NCBI GenBank assembly: GCA_051546255.1 | Contig: CP128817.1 | Span: 1,240,001 to 1,304,000 of the forward strand | Direction of reading: 5' to 3' | Source of the DNA: Meyerozyma guilliermondii | Taxonomy: Eukaryota | DNA: 64,000 nt | Shown here: in pieces, positions 1 to 10,548 of the stretch | How positions within the stretch are numbered: position 1 is the first letter of the stretch | How the letters are laid out: every line of letters starts with the position of its first letter | Made by a program: the position numbers and the translations under genes | The notes under the pieces: model-generated | What the model saw: only the letters and a program-made list of their open reading frames with translations | What the model was told of the DNA's origin: nothing | Database searches by the model: none

Positions 1-762
1 ATTATTGAGCGGAGTGATGATTGGAGTCAGATTCATCGAGCCAAACATCTTTGTATCGATCCATACAAATGTTAGCGCAGGTACAATGAATCCAAAAATA
101 CCCACAATTGCACTCAAAGGATGAAGCCAAATATGCTTGAGAACAAACCATGAAGGGACCAAAAAGAATGCTGGCATTGTTACTCTATTGAAGATTCCCA
201 CAGCCAAAATAGCTCCCAATGCAAATACGTTGAAATATTCGGGTCTTGATCGTATTTCTGGACGTTTGGAGTCTTGATTGTACCGCAAATTGTCGATGAT
301 CAAAGTCCCCAACATCACGAGCCAGGTTTCAATTGAGTTGGAAAAGCAATGTGATTGGTATACGTGGGTGACATAGGAAGTCAGGACAAAGAAGATAGCT
401 TTTATACGTTCTTGTTTAGTAGGAAGCATTCGAAAAATACAAGTGTCAGTAACAATCCAAGTGAGAATCATAAATTGCAATCGAGCCAAATACCAGATAA
501 CCAACGGACTCAATTGAACACCCATCCCCCTAACAATTGCAAAAACAGGACCGTAAAATAGAAACAACGGACCATAACTTCGTGCTGGTAGATCGCTGGT
601 GAATTCCCATGGTTTCTTGTTAGTGAAGCCTAGGAATTCTGACATCACTTCGACGCTCTGAAAGTGTTCATCTGGATGTATATAGGAGTCTGACAATGCA
701 AAAAGGAACCTTAGTCCTATGGTAAGGAAGTATATGTACCGCCAGCTGAAATAAGAAGCCAT
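1..762 (-). CDS. SMP3: GPI mannosyltransferase 4 (PIG-Z family, Glyco_transf_22), 5' part; runs off the window's left edge
   Basis: Not in the ORF track (no stop in window). Manual translation from ATG at 762 gives MASYFSWRYIYFLTIGLRFLFALSDSYIHPDEHFQSVEVM; YIHPDEHFQS is the Smp3 signature. The same frame reads ...TPIITPLNN at the window edge. Confidence 0.88.
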   Translation of the reverse strand, partial: MASYFSWRYIYFLTIGLRFLFALSDSYIHPDEHFQSVEVMSEFLGFTNKKPWEFTSDLPARSYGPLFLFYGPVFAIVRGMGVQLSPLVIWYLARLQFMILTWIVTDTCIFRMLPTKQERIKAIFFVLTSYVTHVYQSHCFSNSIETWLVMLGTLIIDNLRYNQDSKRPEIRSRPEYFNVFALGAILAVGIFNRVTMPAFFLVPSWFVLKHIWLHPLSAIVGIFGFIVPALTFVWIDTKMFGSMNLTPIITPLNN

Positions 763-886
763 TATGTATTCATTAAAGTCAACCGATTAACGAGGTCGCG
801 ATTTTTCAGTACGGCTTACAATACCTCCATCGGTGCGACAAGCTTTATTTTCAAATTGACATGAATGCATGTTGATATGCAATTTA

Positions 887-2773
887 TTAGCCTTCTGCTT
901 CTATGTCGCTATAACCGTCCATATCGTCACCACCATCCGAGAAAATCTCGTCTCCTTCTTCATTGTCTGTATCTCTCTCACTACCGCTCTCATCGCTGTT
1001 GGAAACATCTCCGTTCAACAAATCGGCATCACCATTAGCTTCAGCGTCGTCAAGTGCTTCAAAGTACTCGACATCACTCAATTCTTCTCCGTCTTCACTG
1101 TCGCTGTCCTCGAGAATTTCCCGCTTGAGTTCATTTTGTTGCTCAATCATACGAAGTCGACCTTGAATCTCCAAAAGTCTGGGAAGTGTATCCGCCTTTT
1201 TCGTAAGAGTAGCATGTAAACTGGCGAGTTTAGACTCAAGACCTGGCATATTGGTGAGCACAGTGCCATGGATCACTATGACCCACTTTAACCATGAGCT
1301 CAATTGGTCGAAACGATATACTTGTCTAGCAATTCTTTCCGCTATCCGTTCAAGTAGTTGAACCGCAGAAACAGCATTGATACGGGATATCGTGTTCTTG
1401 ATGACTTCTGGGTCTGTGTTAGCCAACACGGTTTCTAATAACGAATGGTCGTTATTCCTCAACGACTGAGTAAGAATAACCGACAAGGTTCCAGCTGAAT
1501 TATGTACATTTCGTTTCTTCTTGGAGCTGATACTCTTGTCAGTGGAGATCTTTTCTAATCTTTCTGCCAAGGTTTCTTCCTCTTCGTCTTCGCTATCTTG
1601 GTCAGCCGTTTGCATTATACCTTCACTCACAATAGCGTTTCCCTCGTTGTAATGTGTTGCGGCTGCAACATCGTGCCCATTTTGAACATGAGCAGTAGAG
1701 GTATCAACCTTGGCTTTTTCTAGCACTAGAGGTGTCACGGTAGAAATTTCACCTTTCACCAACCACTTAAGAGAGTCGACTTGAGGTACGCTAGCATTCT
1801 CAAGCCATGAGTAGAATATGACACTATCGGTGCAAGCAACAGCATGAATTGCCAAATTTGCATCCAATGTGTTCTTAATTTGATCTTTTGGCCTTGTAAG
1901 TTTGATGCTACTGGTTGGTGTTCTGGATTGTACCGCAGAAGCTTGCTGTCTCCGCTTCTTCTTTCCCACGGGTATGGCACCTTCGGAACTCAAAGGGTTG
2001 TTGAAAATCTCCACCACACCGCTGTCTGTGATTGCTGTCAAGATTGAATGATTTTTGTTCACTCCAAGCTGGACCTGGCTGATATTCTCCAGCGCTACAA
2101 AGACGGCCTGTGGAGTTCCCTTGGATATCGAATACAAGTTGATGAAACGGTCACCAACAGCACTGGTAAGTAACATGTCGGAGTTGTGGGGAACGGGTAA
2201 AAGTGAGTTGATTGGCTGGACATGGGCAGGGAAGGTGCGGGCAATTTCAGATCCCGAGATATTCACAATGTGGATCGAATGTGTTGCGACGACAAGATGG
2301 GTCTTTTCCAAGTAGTTTACAGTGTAGATTCTTTGGATGGACTCTGGCACTTCGAGAAGGTCATTTAGGGAAAAATGGGACTTTTGCTCAAAACTGGAAA
2401 CATCCCATTCGTATATGTTTCCGTTTATGTCACTGATCCATATTGTGTTCGTGAGCTTAGAATAGTGGAAATCGCTGATTGCCGCTGCTGCAGGCGACTC
2501 TAGTTCTGTCAAAATATCCCCAGTCAATGGGTCATAGACTAATGTGGAACCAGAAGTTAAACCGAGTGCAATTATAGGATTTTGTGAGGTGAGTGATGCC
2601 CATCGCAAAACAGACACCCGTTGATGCTTGCCCAAAGTTAATGATATATCTAGTTCGTTTTGAGAGTGCTTCAACGACTTTACTGTGACCTTGTGTACGT
2701 CCAAGCTTATTGTCACGCATGCAATGTACGATAAAGTGGGATCAAATGCAGATGTAAGTAATGGACCAGACAT
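887..2773 (-). CDS. UTP5: U3 snoRNP/t-UTP subunit Utp5 (WD40 repeats + Utp12 C-terminal domain, acidic tail)
   Basis: WD-like N-terminus; GTLSVILTQSLRNNDHSLLETVL and WLKWVIVIHG are Utp12/Utp5 domain motifs; PAC and RRPE-like motifs lie upstream. Confidence 0.88.
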   Translation of the reverse strand: MSGPLLTSAFDPTLSYIACVTISLDVHKVTVKSLKHSQNELDISLTLGKHQRVSVLRWASLTSQNPIIALGLTSGSTLVYDPLTGDILTELESPAAAAISDFHYSKLTNTIWISDINGNIYEWDVSSFEQKSHFSLNDLLEVPESIQRIYTVNYLEKTHLVVATHSIHIVNISGSEIARTFPAHVQPINSLLPVPHNSDMLLTSAVGDRFINLYSISKGTPQAVFVALENISQVQLGVNKNHSILTAITDSGVVEIFNNPLSSEGAIPVGKKKRRQQASAVQSRTPTSSIKLTRPKDQIKNTLDANLAIHAVACTDSVIFYSWLENASVPQVDSLKWLVKGEISTVTPLVLEKAKVDTSTAHVQNGHDVAAATHYNEGNAIVSEGIMQTADQDSEDEEEETLAERLEKISTDKSISSKKKRNVHNSAGTLSVILTQSLRNNDHSLLETVLANTDPEVIKNTISRINAVSAVQLLERIAERIARQVYRFDQLSSWLKWVIVIHGTVLTNMPGLESKLASLHATLTKKADTLPRLLEIQGRLRMIEQQNELKREILEDSDSEDGEELSDVEYFEALDDAEANGDADLLNGDVSNSDESGSERDTDNEEGDEIFSDGGDDMDGYSDIEAEG

Positions 2774-2918
2774 TGTGAGATGAGCGTAGGGATAATCTTA
2801 TGCAGATTGAATGCTCTGTATATCTTTTTTGATGGTGTGTAGGAGCCCAAGGCTTCTTTTTGATGGTGCTAGTGTGTTAACAAATGGGGTGTCGATGCTA
2901 AACCAGTGCTTAAACGCT

Positions 2919-2950
2919 GCGATGAGGTAAATTTTTCGAGACGTCACGTG
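2919..2950. promoter_or_regulatory. Ribosome-biogenesis promoter module: PAC (GCGATGAG), RRPE-like (AAATTTTTC), Cbf1 E-box (GTCACGTG)
   Basis: GCGATGAG 2919-2926, aaatttttc ~2929-2937 and GTCACGTG 2943-2950 in the divergent spacer upstream of UTP5. Confidence 0.7.
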
Positions 2951-3040
2951 CGCTGCTAGCCGATGGGTTGACAGGATGAGAATCTGTGCTCAGTAGCAAG
3001 AGCACGTAGCTCAAGCAATTACGTTTAAAGTATCATTACG

Positions 3041-4009
3041 ATGCTTTTTCGGGCCCAACGACGTATTTTCACCCGGGAGAATGTTATACTCGCACGCTGG
3101 GTCCACTCTAAAGTCACTGCGAAGACCATTGATTTGGCACATCCCCTCCAATTGAACAGTGTCAAGCCACTACCTCATCGCGATACTGTTCCTCTTGTGT
3201 GGCACGAGTTCAAGCACTCGAAGAAGTTTGAGTATAAGTTCAGTAAACCTATAGTATTATTGCATGGGCTCTTTGGATCGCTGTCAAATTATAGGTCTGT
3301 GGGAAGAAGACTCAGTCATTTAACCAGCCGACCAATTTATGGTATTGATCTTCGCAACCACGGAGATTCTCCACATGCCCAGCCATTTGATTACGAGACC
3401 CTCGCCAATGATGTAGTGAAGTTGATGAAACAAGAAAATTGGACTGGGGCCACTTTGATTGGCCATTCAATGGGTGCGAAAACGGCCATGATTGTTGCAC
3501 TAAAACTGCCCGAATTGGTTTCACAACTTATTGTGGTGGACAATGCTCCTGTGGCTGCTCAGCTTGACCCACAGTTCCATAATGATCTAATAGGGTTAGC
3601 TCACGTCCAGCACTCAAAATTTGAGCCAAATACTCCACTGTCGCAGATGCTTTCAAAGGCTCGCACAATTATAGGTCCGTACGAACCTGACCATCTTGTC
3701 CAGACATTCTTACTTAGCAACTTAAGAGCATCAGCCACCGGCTCCAACCTTCGCATACCAGCGTTGGAGATGCTCAAGTATGATATTATAAGAGATATGG
3801 GCTCCTGGCCAAATATTCATGCTACCTATCCTGGCCCTACGTTTATTATGCACGCTAAATATTCGCCATTTGTGACAGAGGCGAATTTGCAAGTTGATTT
3901 CCCGCAATACTTTTCCAATTTCAAGCTGAAACAATATGACTGTGGCCATTGGATTGTGAGCGAACGTCCGGAAGAGTTCGTTAAAGATGTGATTCAGTGC
4001 ATTTCTTAG
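3041..4009 (+). CDS. Mitochondrial alpha/beta-hydrolase, Imo32/Eat1 (ABHD11) family esterase/alcohol acetyltransferase
   Basis: Arg-rich presequence; LHGLFGS, DLRNHGDSPH, GHSMG nucleophile elbow, VVDNAP, C-terminal GHW. Confidence 0.85.
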   Translation: MLFRAQRRIFTRENVILARWVHSKVTAKTIDLAHPLQLNSVKPLPHRDTVPLVWHEFKHSKKFEYKFSKPIVLLHGLFGSLSNYRSVGRRLSHLTSRPIYGIDLRNHGDSPHAQPFDYETLANDVVKLMKQENWTGATLIGHSMGAKTAMIVALKLPELVSQLIVVDNAPVAAQLDPQFHNDLIGLAHVQHSKFEPNTPLSQMLSKARTIIGPYEPDHLVQTFLLSNLRASATGSNLRIPALEMLKYDIIRDMGSWPNIHATYPGPTFIMHAKYSPFVTEANLQVDFPQYFSNFKLKQYDCGHWIVSERPEEFVKDVIQCIS

Positions 4010-4096
4010 TGGCTGCAAATTCCTCGCGTCCTGTATATACCATGGTGGACTCTATAAAAACCCCCAGTTCGCACTTTTTGCGGTCGAGTTACGGCG

Positions 4097-4510
4097 ATGT
4101 CTGAATTCAATTCGGGAGGCGAGGACTTGTCCTTGCCCAAGGCCACGGTGCAGAAACTTATCGGAGAGATATTGCCAAAAGATATAGCCATTTCCAAGGA
4201 GGCGAGAGAAGCGGTGACAGAATTGTCCATAGAATTTATCATGATACTATCATCACAACTGAACGAGATTGCCGAGAAGGAGGCGAAAAAAACCATAGCA
4301 AGTGACCACGTGGTGAAGGCATTGGAAGAGCTTGGGTTCCACAACTACTTGGATATAATAAATCGTGTACTCGACGAACACAAAGAACTTCTCAAGGGTA
4401 AAGAGAAAAAGAATAACAAGTTTCAAAATTCGGGACTTTCAGAAGAAGAACTTCTTAGGCAGCAAGAGGAGTTGTTCAAGAAGTCCAGAGACAGATTGCA
4501 AAACCGCTAA
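4097..4510 (+). CDS. NCB2: Negative cofactor 2 beta subunit (Dr1, histone fold)
   Basis: EDLSLPKATVQKLI...EIAEKEAKKTIASDHVVKALEELGF...SGLSEEELLRQQEELF. Confidence 0.95.
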   Translation: MSEFNSGGEDLSLPKATVQKLIGEILPKDIAISKEAREAVTELSIEFIMILSSQLNEIAEKEAKKTIASDHVVKALEELGFHNYLDIINRVLDEHKELLKGKEKKNNKFQNSGLSEEELLRQQEELFKKSRDRLQNR

Positions 4511-4601
4511 TGGCTCTGAGCTGGCTTAGAGCAGACCACGGAACACATTGCATAGAACAAAATAGATTAATATATTCATTTAGGGTTATATGTTTATGCG
4601 T

Positions 4602-4880
4602 TCATCCTAGCACGAGTTCGTAGAGTATGACAATGATGTTGATCCCAATGAGCGGGACTCGAAGCAACGTTCTGATTGCTCCTATCAAATTTACTAGTCT
4701 GGATTTTATTGATTCGTTGTCGGAACCCGCCCCTGCTTGAAACTGCTGGTATTGAAACCCATTTGTGTTTTGGCCGCTGCTGCCCCACCCAATCCTGTTG
4801 AGAAACCGGTCCTCACTCAAGATTGCGATTCCGTTGACCACAAGAAGTATAACGTATAAAAATTTACCAATTCCAAACAT
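4602..4880 (-). CDS. YOS1: Yos1/IER3IP1 ER-Golgi transport membrane protein
   Basis: NGIAILSEDRFLNRIGW...IRTLLRVPLIGINIIVILYELVLG; start moved to the first ATG (4880). Confidence 0.93.
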   Translation of the reverse strand: MFGIGKFLYVILLVVNGIAILSEDRFLNRIGWGSSGQNTNGFQYQQFQAGAGSDNESIKSRLVNLIGAIRTLLRVPLIGINIIVILYELVLG

Positions 4881-5148
4881 GGTGCTCAACCGAGCAAGAG
4901 AGGAATTTGAGTTGCGAAGGTGTGGAAAATGCAGGACGCGATGCTACAGAATACAAAAGTGGAATAGAAAGTTCTTTTGAAAATGGAAATGGCTAAAAAG
5001 CTTGAATATAAAGACTAGAGCTACCTTGATATTACTAGGCCTTTTTGTATGTAATGCTTTCTTGTGGAGTTTTTCCCAATCTAAATGAAAATATTCTAGT
5101 CCTGCATCGCGCACCAGATCTGTTTTTGTTTGAAGTGCACTATTTACC

Positions 5149-6102
5149 ATGATGCAAGTGGAACATCGGGGACGCAAACGAGACTCCATAGAGCATTTTA
5201 TAGGCCTTCCCCAGATATTTTTGGCTAATGGACTCGCCCAATTGCGATATATGGTGCTCGTAGAGGGTTTACAGACACCACAAGGTTACGATCAATGTCC
5301 TTATCGATGTTATGTTTGGTCTATTCTTTGCAAAGTACCAACATTTCCTACTGACAAGTACTTGGCGCTCGTCCAATCCGCCAGTAGTAGCATTTCCAGT
5401 GAAATGTATCAAAAAATCAAGAATGATACCTTCAGAACTCTCATGCATGATCGTCATTTCCACCTGAAAGTATCTGAATCTTCACTAATTCGAATACTAT
5501 CGTGCTTAGCAATTTCGATCCAAAGCAAGGTGGGATACGTCCAGGGTCTTAATGTGTTGTTAGCACCTATAGTATACGCCTGTCACAAGAGCGAGCCACA
5601 GGCATTTGCCATACTTCATCTGCTCGTAACCAACCAAATACCACTTTATATCACTCCCAATTTGGATGGGGTTCATACCGGGCTTGCCTTGGTCGACGTG
5701 GTTCTCAAGATCATCGATCCGGTTCTCAGTGAGTACCTCGATTCGAAATTTCTCAAAGCTGAGATATATGCATTTCCATCGGTGCTCACCTTGGGGGCAT
5801 GCACTCCACCTTTGAAGTCGGTGCTTAAGTTATGGGACTTATTGTTTGCGTACGGGACACACATGAATATTCTTTTCGTGGTTGCGCAGCTCGTCATCAA
5901 CCGTTCGCAGTTGTTGAATTCACCCCAGCCGATGAAATTGTTGCGAAGCTTTCCTCCGTTGGAAGAAAACGAAATCATTAAATTGAGTTTGAGTTTCATC
6001 CCTGAACTCCCCAAGCAATTGTACGATATGACATCCCGTCATGGATATGACGCTGACGTTCCTGGAGAGCTAAAAGCATTTTTAGCTGAGAACAACCTCT
6101 AA
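5149..6102 (+). CDS. BUB2: Mitotic exit network GAP, TBC domain
   Basis: YRCYVWSILC, KIKNDTFRT, YVQGLNVL, YAFPSVLTL, LWDLLFAYGTHMNIL. Confidence 0.92.
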   Translation: MMQVEHRGRKRDSIEHFIGLPQIFLANGLAQLRYMVLVEGLQTPQGYDQCPYRCYVWSILCKVPTFPTDKYLALVQSASSSISSEMYQKIKNDTFRTLMHDRHFHLKVSESSLIRILSCLAISIQSKVGYVQGLNVLLAPIVYACHKSEPQAFAILHLLVTNQIPLYITPNLDGVHTGLALVDVVLKIIDPVLSEYLDSKFLKAEIYAFPSVLTLGACTPPLKSVLKLWDLLFAYGTHMNILFVVAQLVINRSQLLNSPQPMKLLRSFPPLEENEIIKLSLSFIPELPKQLYDMTSRHGYDADVPGELKAFLAENNL

Positions 6103-7662
6103 AAAAAATCTCGATTATAGTCTTCCCAACTATAATAACTGCACAAGACTGTGCGGTCGTTATAAAACCGACCCGCTAATCCCTCCATTGCCTTGGTTGC
6201 TGCTTCTTGAGACCCAAATTCGATGTATGCTTTTCCAACGCCATGCTCCTCACCAGCATCTGGTTTTGGGATCTTTACCGATTTCAAGTCACCGAATTGC
6301 TCGGCTTCTTGACGAATGTCGTCGAGTATGAATTTGTAGTTTGACTGGTCATATAGTTCCCTCGGCAAAAACATGTTAGCCAATACAATGCATTTCAGTT
6401 CTTCACGTTCAGTAGCTCCGTTGGCTTTTGCCATTAACTTCAAGTTTTCAAACTCCGCAGTTCGGTTTTGTACTGAAGATGTCTCACAGGAGAACCACGC
6501 TGATTCTATAGACTCAATCTCATTTAACTTGTCCAAGATGTCGCTTGGTGAGTCGTTAAACTCGACAAATGCTATCCCTGTAAATTTCTTTGTACCTATC
6601 TCACGGAGCATGAATAGCAGCTTGACACCACTCACACTCTCCAAGGTAGCTCTTAATTTGGTATCGGAATCTTCCTTGGTTCTCAATGTGATTTTGCGAG
6701 GACTATCGGCAACAAATTCATCGGCAGTATTAGTGTTCTGTATGCTTTGAACAGTGTACTCTTTTGGTCGACTAATGCTCAATGTTAGCAGCACAGGCTG
6801 TCCATCATCCACGATTGTAACTGGTTGGCTGGTTAAAGCAAGTGCTATCGTTGCGCATTCGTGATTTTTAAATTCGATTGTGAAGATATCATTGTGCTTG
6901 ACTGCCAACTTGACGGAGTCCAATCCTGTCACTTCGGTGTCAAGTCCACGTAGAAAGTTGGCAATGTATTCAGAGACCAACTGAGGGTCGAAAGAAAAGT
7001 TGATATCGACGATGAGTGTGCGTGCTGCTAGTGACTGGAATGGTTCGATATGAGTATCTCCATCTGGATCTTCTGGATAATAGGGCAATTTAGACCGAAC
7101 TGAGGGAAAAAGCTTCGTATAGTCTCGTGGTCTGGGATAGCCTGGCAACGGGAACAAGCCCGATAATTTCGCTCTCACAGCCAGAACATCTTCAAAGCCC
7201 TCAACTCGCACACCCCATCGACTATTTTCTATAGCAATTTCGTCAAGCGATGGAACATTGGCCAAATTCTCTAAACGGGATCTAAGCTTCTCGGGCAGCT
7301 CGGTTACTGGTTTTGTTCTCTGGTCCACATATCGTTCTCGACCACGTCTGGGATCAGGTCTAGGTCGTCTACCACGATCATTTCTGCCATTGTAGTTGTT
7401 ATAGTCATCCCTACTTCTTGCTTGGTTTCCATATGGTCCTTGATGTCTACCCGAACGTCGATTATCTTGGGAGTAATCATCGTAATAGTCCCGTTTTCTG
7501 TCTCTTGGTGGCTCTCGACTTTCTCTCGTTGGTTCTCGATATTCTCGTCTCGGCGCTCTGGAGCGAAAAGAGTACGCTGCGGTTAGTACTGTGGGTTCAA
7601 TAGGCTGTGGTGATAACAGGAATCCATACAAATAATGGCTCTCACTTACGGTCTTGGCTCAT
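6099..7662 (-). CDS. MUD2: U2AF65-like splicing factor; two exons (7650-7662 and 6099-7576)
   Basis: R/D/E-rich N-terminus; AKLSGLFPLPG; C-terminal UHM/RRM (GVGKAYIEF...LAGRFYNDRTVLCSYY). Splicing ATGAGCCAAGACC to CGTACTCT gives MSQDPYSFRSRA, in frame with the long ORF. Confidence 0.88.
7577..7649 (-). other. Spliceosomal intron (73 nt) in MUD2
   Basis: Minus strand GTAAGT (7649-7644) ... TACTAAC (7588-7582) CG CAG (ends 7577); removal restores the frame. Confidence 0.88.
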
Positions 7663-7770
7663 GGTGAAACGGTATGTATTTTCCTGGAGATTTAATGCGT
7701 GGAATTACATAATAGGCGATGGTGATGAGGTACGATAAATATATTGTATATGGCCCATTCTAAATTAGTT

Positions 7771-10548
7771 TCACAACTCATCATGTTCTAAAGACACAGA
7801 TGTAGTTTCTGATGTGCCGGTGCTTGTAGGTGTACTTGCTGGGGTTGAAGAAGCCTCAGTGGAAATTACTGGCTCATCTTCTTCAATAAACTCAGCATCC
7901 TCATTATCCTCTTCTTCTTCTTCAGTTTTCTTCTCCTTCTCTAATTGTTTCTTTTTCTCCCGTTCGTCCTTTTGCTTCTTTCTCAATAAAAACTTGGCGA
8001 GCTTTGAGTTAAGCGTATCAACTCGTTCTCTATGAGAAGTTTCGAGCAACATAACGTCGCCCATCATATTGACAATTCCCTTGGCAACGTTATTGTAGTC
8101 TTCCCACACCGCACGCTTAGCTATCTTTCCAAACTCGTCAGCTTCCATATCAGCTAAACGCCCAATGTTGGTGACACCCTCTTTATATTCGGTCAACACC
8201 TTGTCGAAAGTGAGCATTCTATCATCTCCTTTAGCCAAGTTCTTCATTTTGATCTTGTCATTTTCCTTGTCAAAATCGAATCCTGCCTCTTCATACTTCT
8301 TTCTGATTTCACTAATCTCGGTGCCGAACTCCAACATGTAGTGTTGAATTCTCATCATGATATCTTTACTACTTTCATAAAGTTTTTTGATTCCTTCGTA
8401 GCTCAAGTCAGTAGTGGAGATCTCCAATGCTTCCGAAAGCTCGCTCTTCTTTCCTTCGAGCTCGGTAATCTTGGCTTGCACATCTTTCAAAGATGCATCA
8501 TCAGAATCAAAGTCGAGCCACTCAATAGTGTCAGCAACATACTGTCTAGTGTTGGCTACCTCTTCATCTGAGAGCTCTTGTATGAGAGTCTCCTCGTGTT
8601 CGTCGATGAAGGAGCGCATTTCGTAGCACAGACTCTCAAGTATATTCCTCACCTTTGTAAGATGTAATTTCTCTTCGTCGCGGCTGTTCAAGTATTTCAA
8701 CTTGTTTGCGGCTCTTTCCTTTGTAGTTCTTGACAATGGCTTGATATGAGGATATGAAGGTTTTGGAAGGGAAATACTAACAGGTCTTGACTTTGTTTTA
8801 GAAATTTCAGATTTGGTAGAGTTTGAAGCGGAGGTGGAATTAGTGGAGTCTTCAGTCTCTTCAACTATTGGCTCTGCTTCTTCATCTTCCTCTGCTTCAC
8901 CACTGCCCTTCATGAGTTTGTTGAAAAGTCCGCCGGAAGATTTTTTAGGAACACACTCAAAGTTCAAGCCAGAGAGTTCAAACATTTTGTTGGTGTCCAA
9001 TGAAAAATATGCAACCAATTCTTTGATTTCCTTTGATCTGCATGTCAATCTTTCAACCTTCTTGAGCAAGCCATCCACTTCATAAGACTTGAATAAGAAT
9101 TCATCCTCCTTCAAGCTTATCGTGATCTTGTCGTTTTCGACTGGTCCCATTGACTTTTTCACTGTTTGTCCCACAACGCTGCCTCTTTCGAATATAGCTT
9201 CTTCCTTGATATTGTCGACTTCGATCTCGTGGCTACGGAACGATCTCTCGATCACTTTAACATCTCTAGCCTTTTCCAATTGGGTTTTGAGCTTGAGACC
9301 TCTGTGTGTGGTTCCAAGTGCACAACTTTCGTCGGCATTCACCTTCTTCGAAAGCTTGTCCTCACCCAACAATACAGACAAGTGGTGCTGAACAAAAGGT
9401 ACTCTAGTAGAACCTCCGTTCAAAATTACCGACTGGACGTCGGAAGCAGACACTTTTGAATTCTTCAATGTATCCAAGATAGGTTTGGTGATCCTCTCCA
9501 TCAAATCGTTGTTGATCTCTTCGAAGTTGTCTCTAGTAATAGTTGTCTTGAAATCCCTGTCGTTGTACAATGACTCAATTGAGACTTGGTATTCGGTGTT
9601 TACCGTAAGAACAATTTTAGCCTTCTCGGAAGCTTCCAACAATCTTGCCTTCACCTTTGGTGGAAGGTCTTCGTCTTCATTCAAGTCAAACGCAGCCATA
9701 AACCTCAGCAGAATCATCGAGTAGACAGACTTTGTGAGCAATTCTCCGCCGAATGTATCGTCGTAACCTGCATCAATCAATTCAAGTACTATGGTACCAT
9801 TGGTAAGAGGGGTCACTGTGAACAACGTAGCAGTAGTCGAGCCCGACCCCATATCGTAAACGAGATGGTATTCGGGTTTCTCGTTGTATTCTTCAGGAGA
9901 AAATTTACGGTTGGAGACGTAGTTCAATGCGACAGCGGTGCCCTCATCGACCAATCCCAACACATTGGAGAAGTTGGCCAAGCGCAAACCGTCCAAGTAC
10001 GCTTGTCTAGTGCTGGGTGAAGCAAATGGTGACACAGACACTGCCACGTCCTCGACAATTGACTGGGCCATGTGTGCATCATCCAAGTCTGACAACGCAC
10101 GAGACTTGATCTCATTCATGTTCATGGCAAATAACTCCTCCACAGAGAATTGATACGACTGGTTAGTGAGTCCAAAGTCAAATCTTATGGCGCCGTTCCT
10201 GGAATCATCACCAATAAGTTTAACTCCTGGATGGACACTCAAGAATTCAGAAACTTCTGGATCATGGATGGCTTTTCCCAACAACAGTTTGATTCCCACA
10301 GCACAAGATTGAGGAAATCTGGTACACAAAGAGCCCATTCTCGATCCAAACACTCTTTCAATGTCCTGACCAGAAGGTCTTATCGACATGCCCGATAAAT
10401 CTTTACGCTTTCCTTCATCAGTTAACACAATCTCGAAGGAAATACCGGGTGCCAAAAGCACCGATTTGGTAAATTGTTGACCATAATCGACGCCTAGGAT
10501 TGCCGCAGTGGCACACGCTAGCCAAATTGACAAGAAAACAAGTCTCAT
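7771..10548 (-). CDS. LHS1: ER Hsp70-family chaperone/nucleotide exchange factor (Grp170)
   Basis: Signal peptide MRLVFLSIWLACATA, ILGVDYG, YDMGSGST, LNGGSTRVPFVQ, VNADES and C-terminal HDEL; start set at the first ATG. Confidence 0.95.
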   Translation of the reverse strand: MRLVFLSIWLACATAAILGVDYGQQFTKSVLLAPGISFEIVLTDEGKRKDLSGMSIRPSGQDIERVFGSRMGSLCTRFPQSCAVGIKLLLGKAIHDPEVSEFLSVHPGVKLIGDDSRNGAIRFDFGLTNQSYQFSVEELFAMNMNEIKSRALSDLDDAHMAQSIVEDVAVSVSPFASPSTRQAYLDGLRLANFSNVLGLVDEGTAVALNYVSNRKFSPEEYNEKPEYHLVYDMGSGSTTATLFTVTPLTNGTIVLELIDAGYDDTFGGELLTKSVYSMILLRFMAAFDLNEDEDLPPKVKARLLEASEKAKIVLTVNTEYQVSIESLYNDRDFKTTITRDNFEEINNDLMERITKPILDTLKNSKVSASDVQSVILNGGSTRVPFVQHHLSVLLGEDKLSKKVNADESCALGTTHRGLKLKTQLEKARDVKVIERSFRSHEIEVDNIKEEAIFERGSVVGQTVKKSMGPVENDKITISLKEDEFLFKSYEVDGLLKKVERLTCRSKEIKELVAYFSLDTNKMFELSGLNFECVPKKSSGGLFNKLMKGSGEAEEDEEAEPIVEETEDSTNSTSASNSTKSEISKTKSRPVSISLPKPSYPHIKPLSRTTKERAANKLKYLNSRDEEKLHLTKVRNILESLCYEMRSFIDEHEETLIQELSDEEVANTRQYVADTIEWLDFDSDDASLKDVQAKITELEGKKSELSEALEISTTDLSYEGIKKLYESSKDIMMRIQHYMLEFGTEISEIRKKYEEAGFDFDKENDKIKMKNLAKGDDRMLTFDKVLTEYKEGVTNIGRLADMEADEFGKIAKRAVWEDYNNVAKGIVNMMGDVMLLETSHRERVDTLNSKLAKFLLRKKQKDEREKKKQLEKEKKTEEEEEDNEDAEFIEEDEPVISTEASSTPASTPTSTGTSETTSVSLEHDEL

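Noticed and set aside
3391..3561. Possible NAG1-like nested antisense gene inside the IMO32/EAT1-like gene, as in S. cerevisiae
   Set aside because: The equivalent antisense frame (..PIEWPIK..) is closed by a TGA at 3559-3561, leaving only ~33 codons from an ATG; the similarity is explained by sense-strand conservation.
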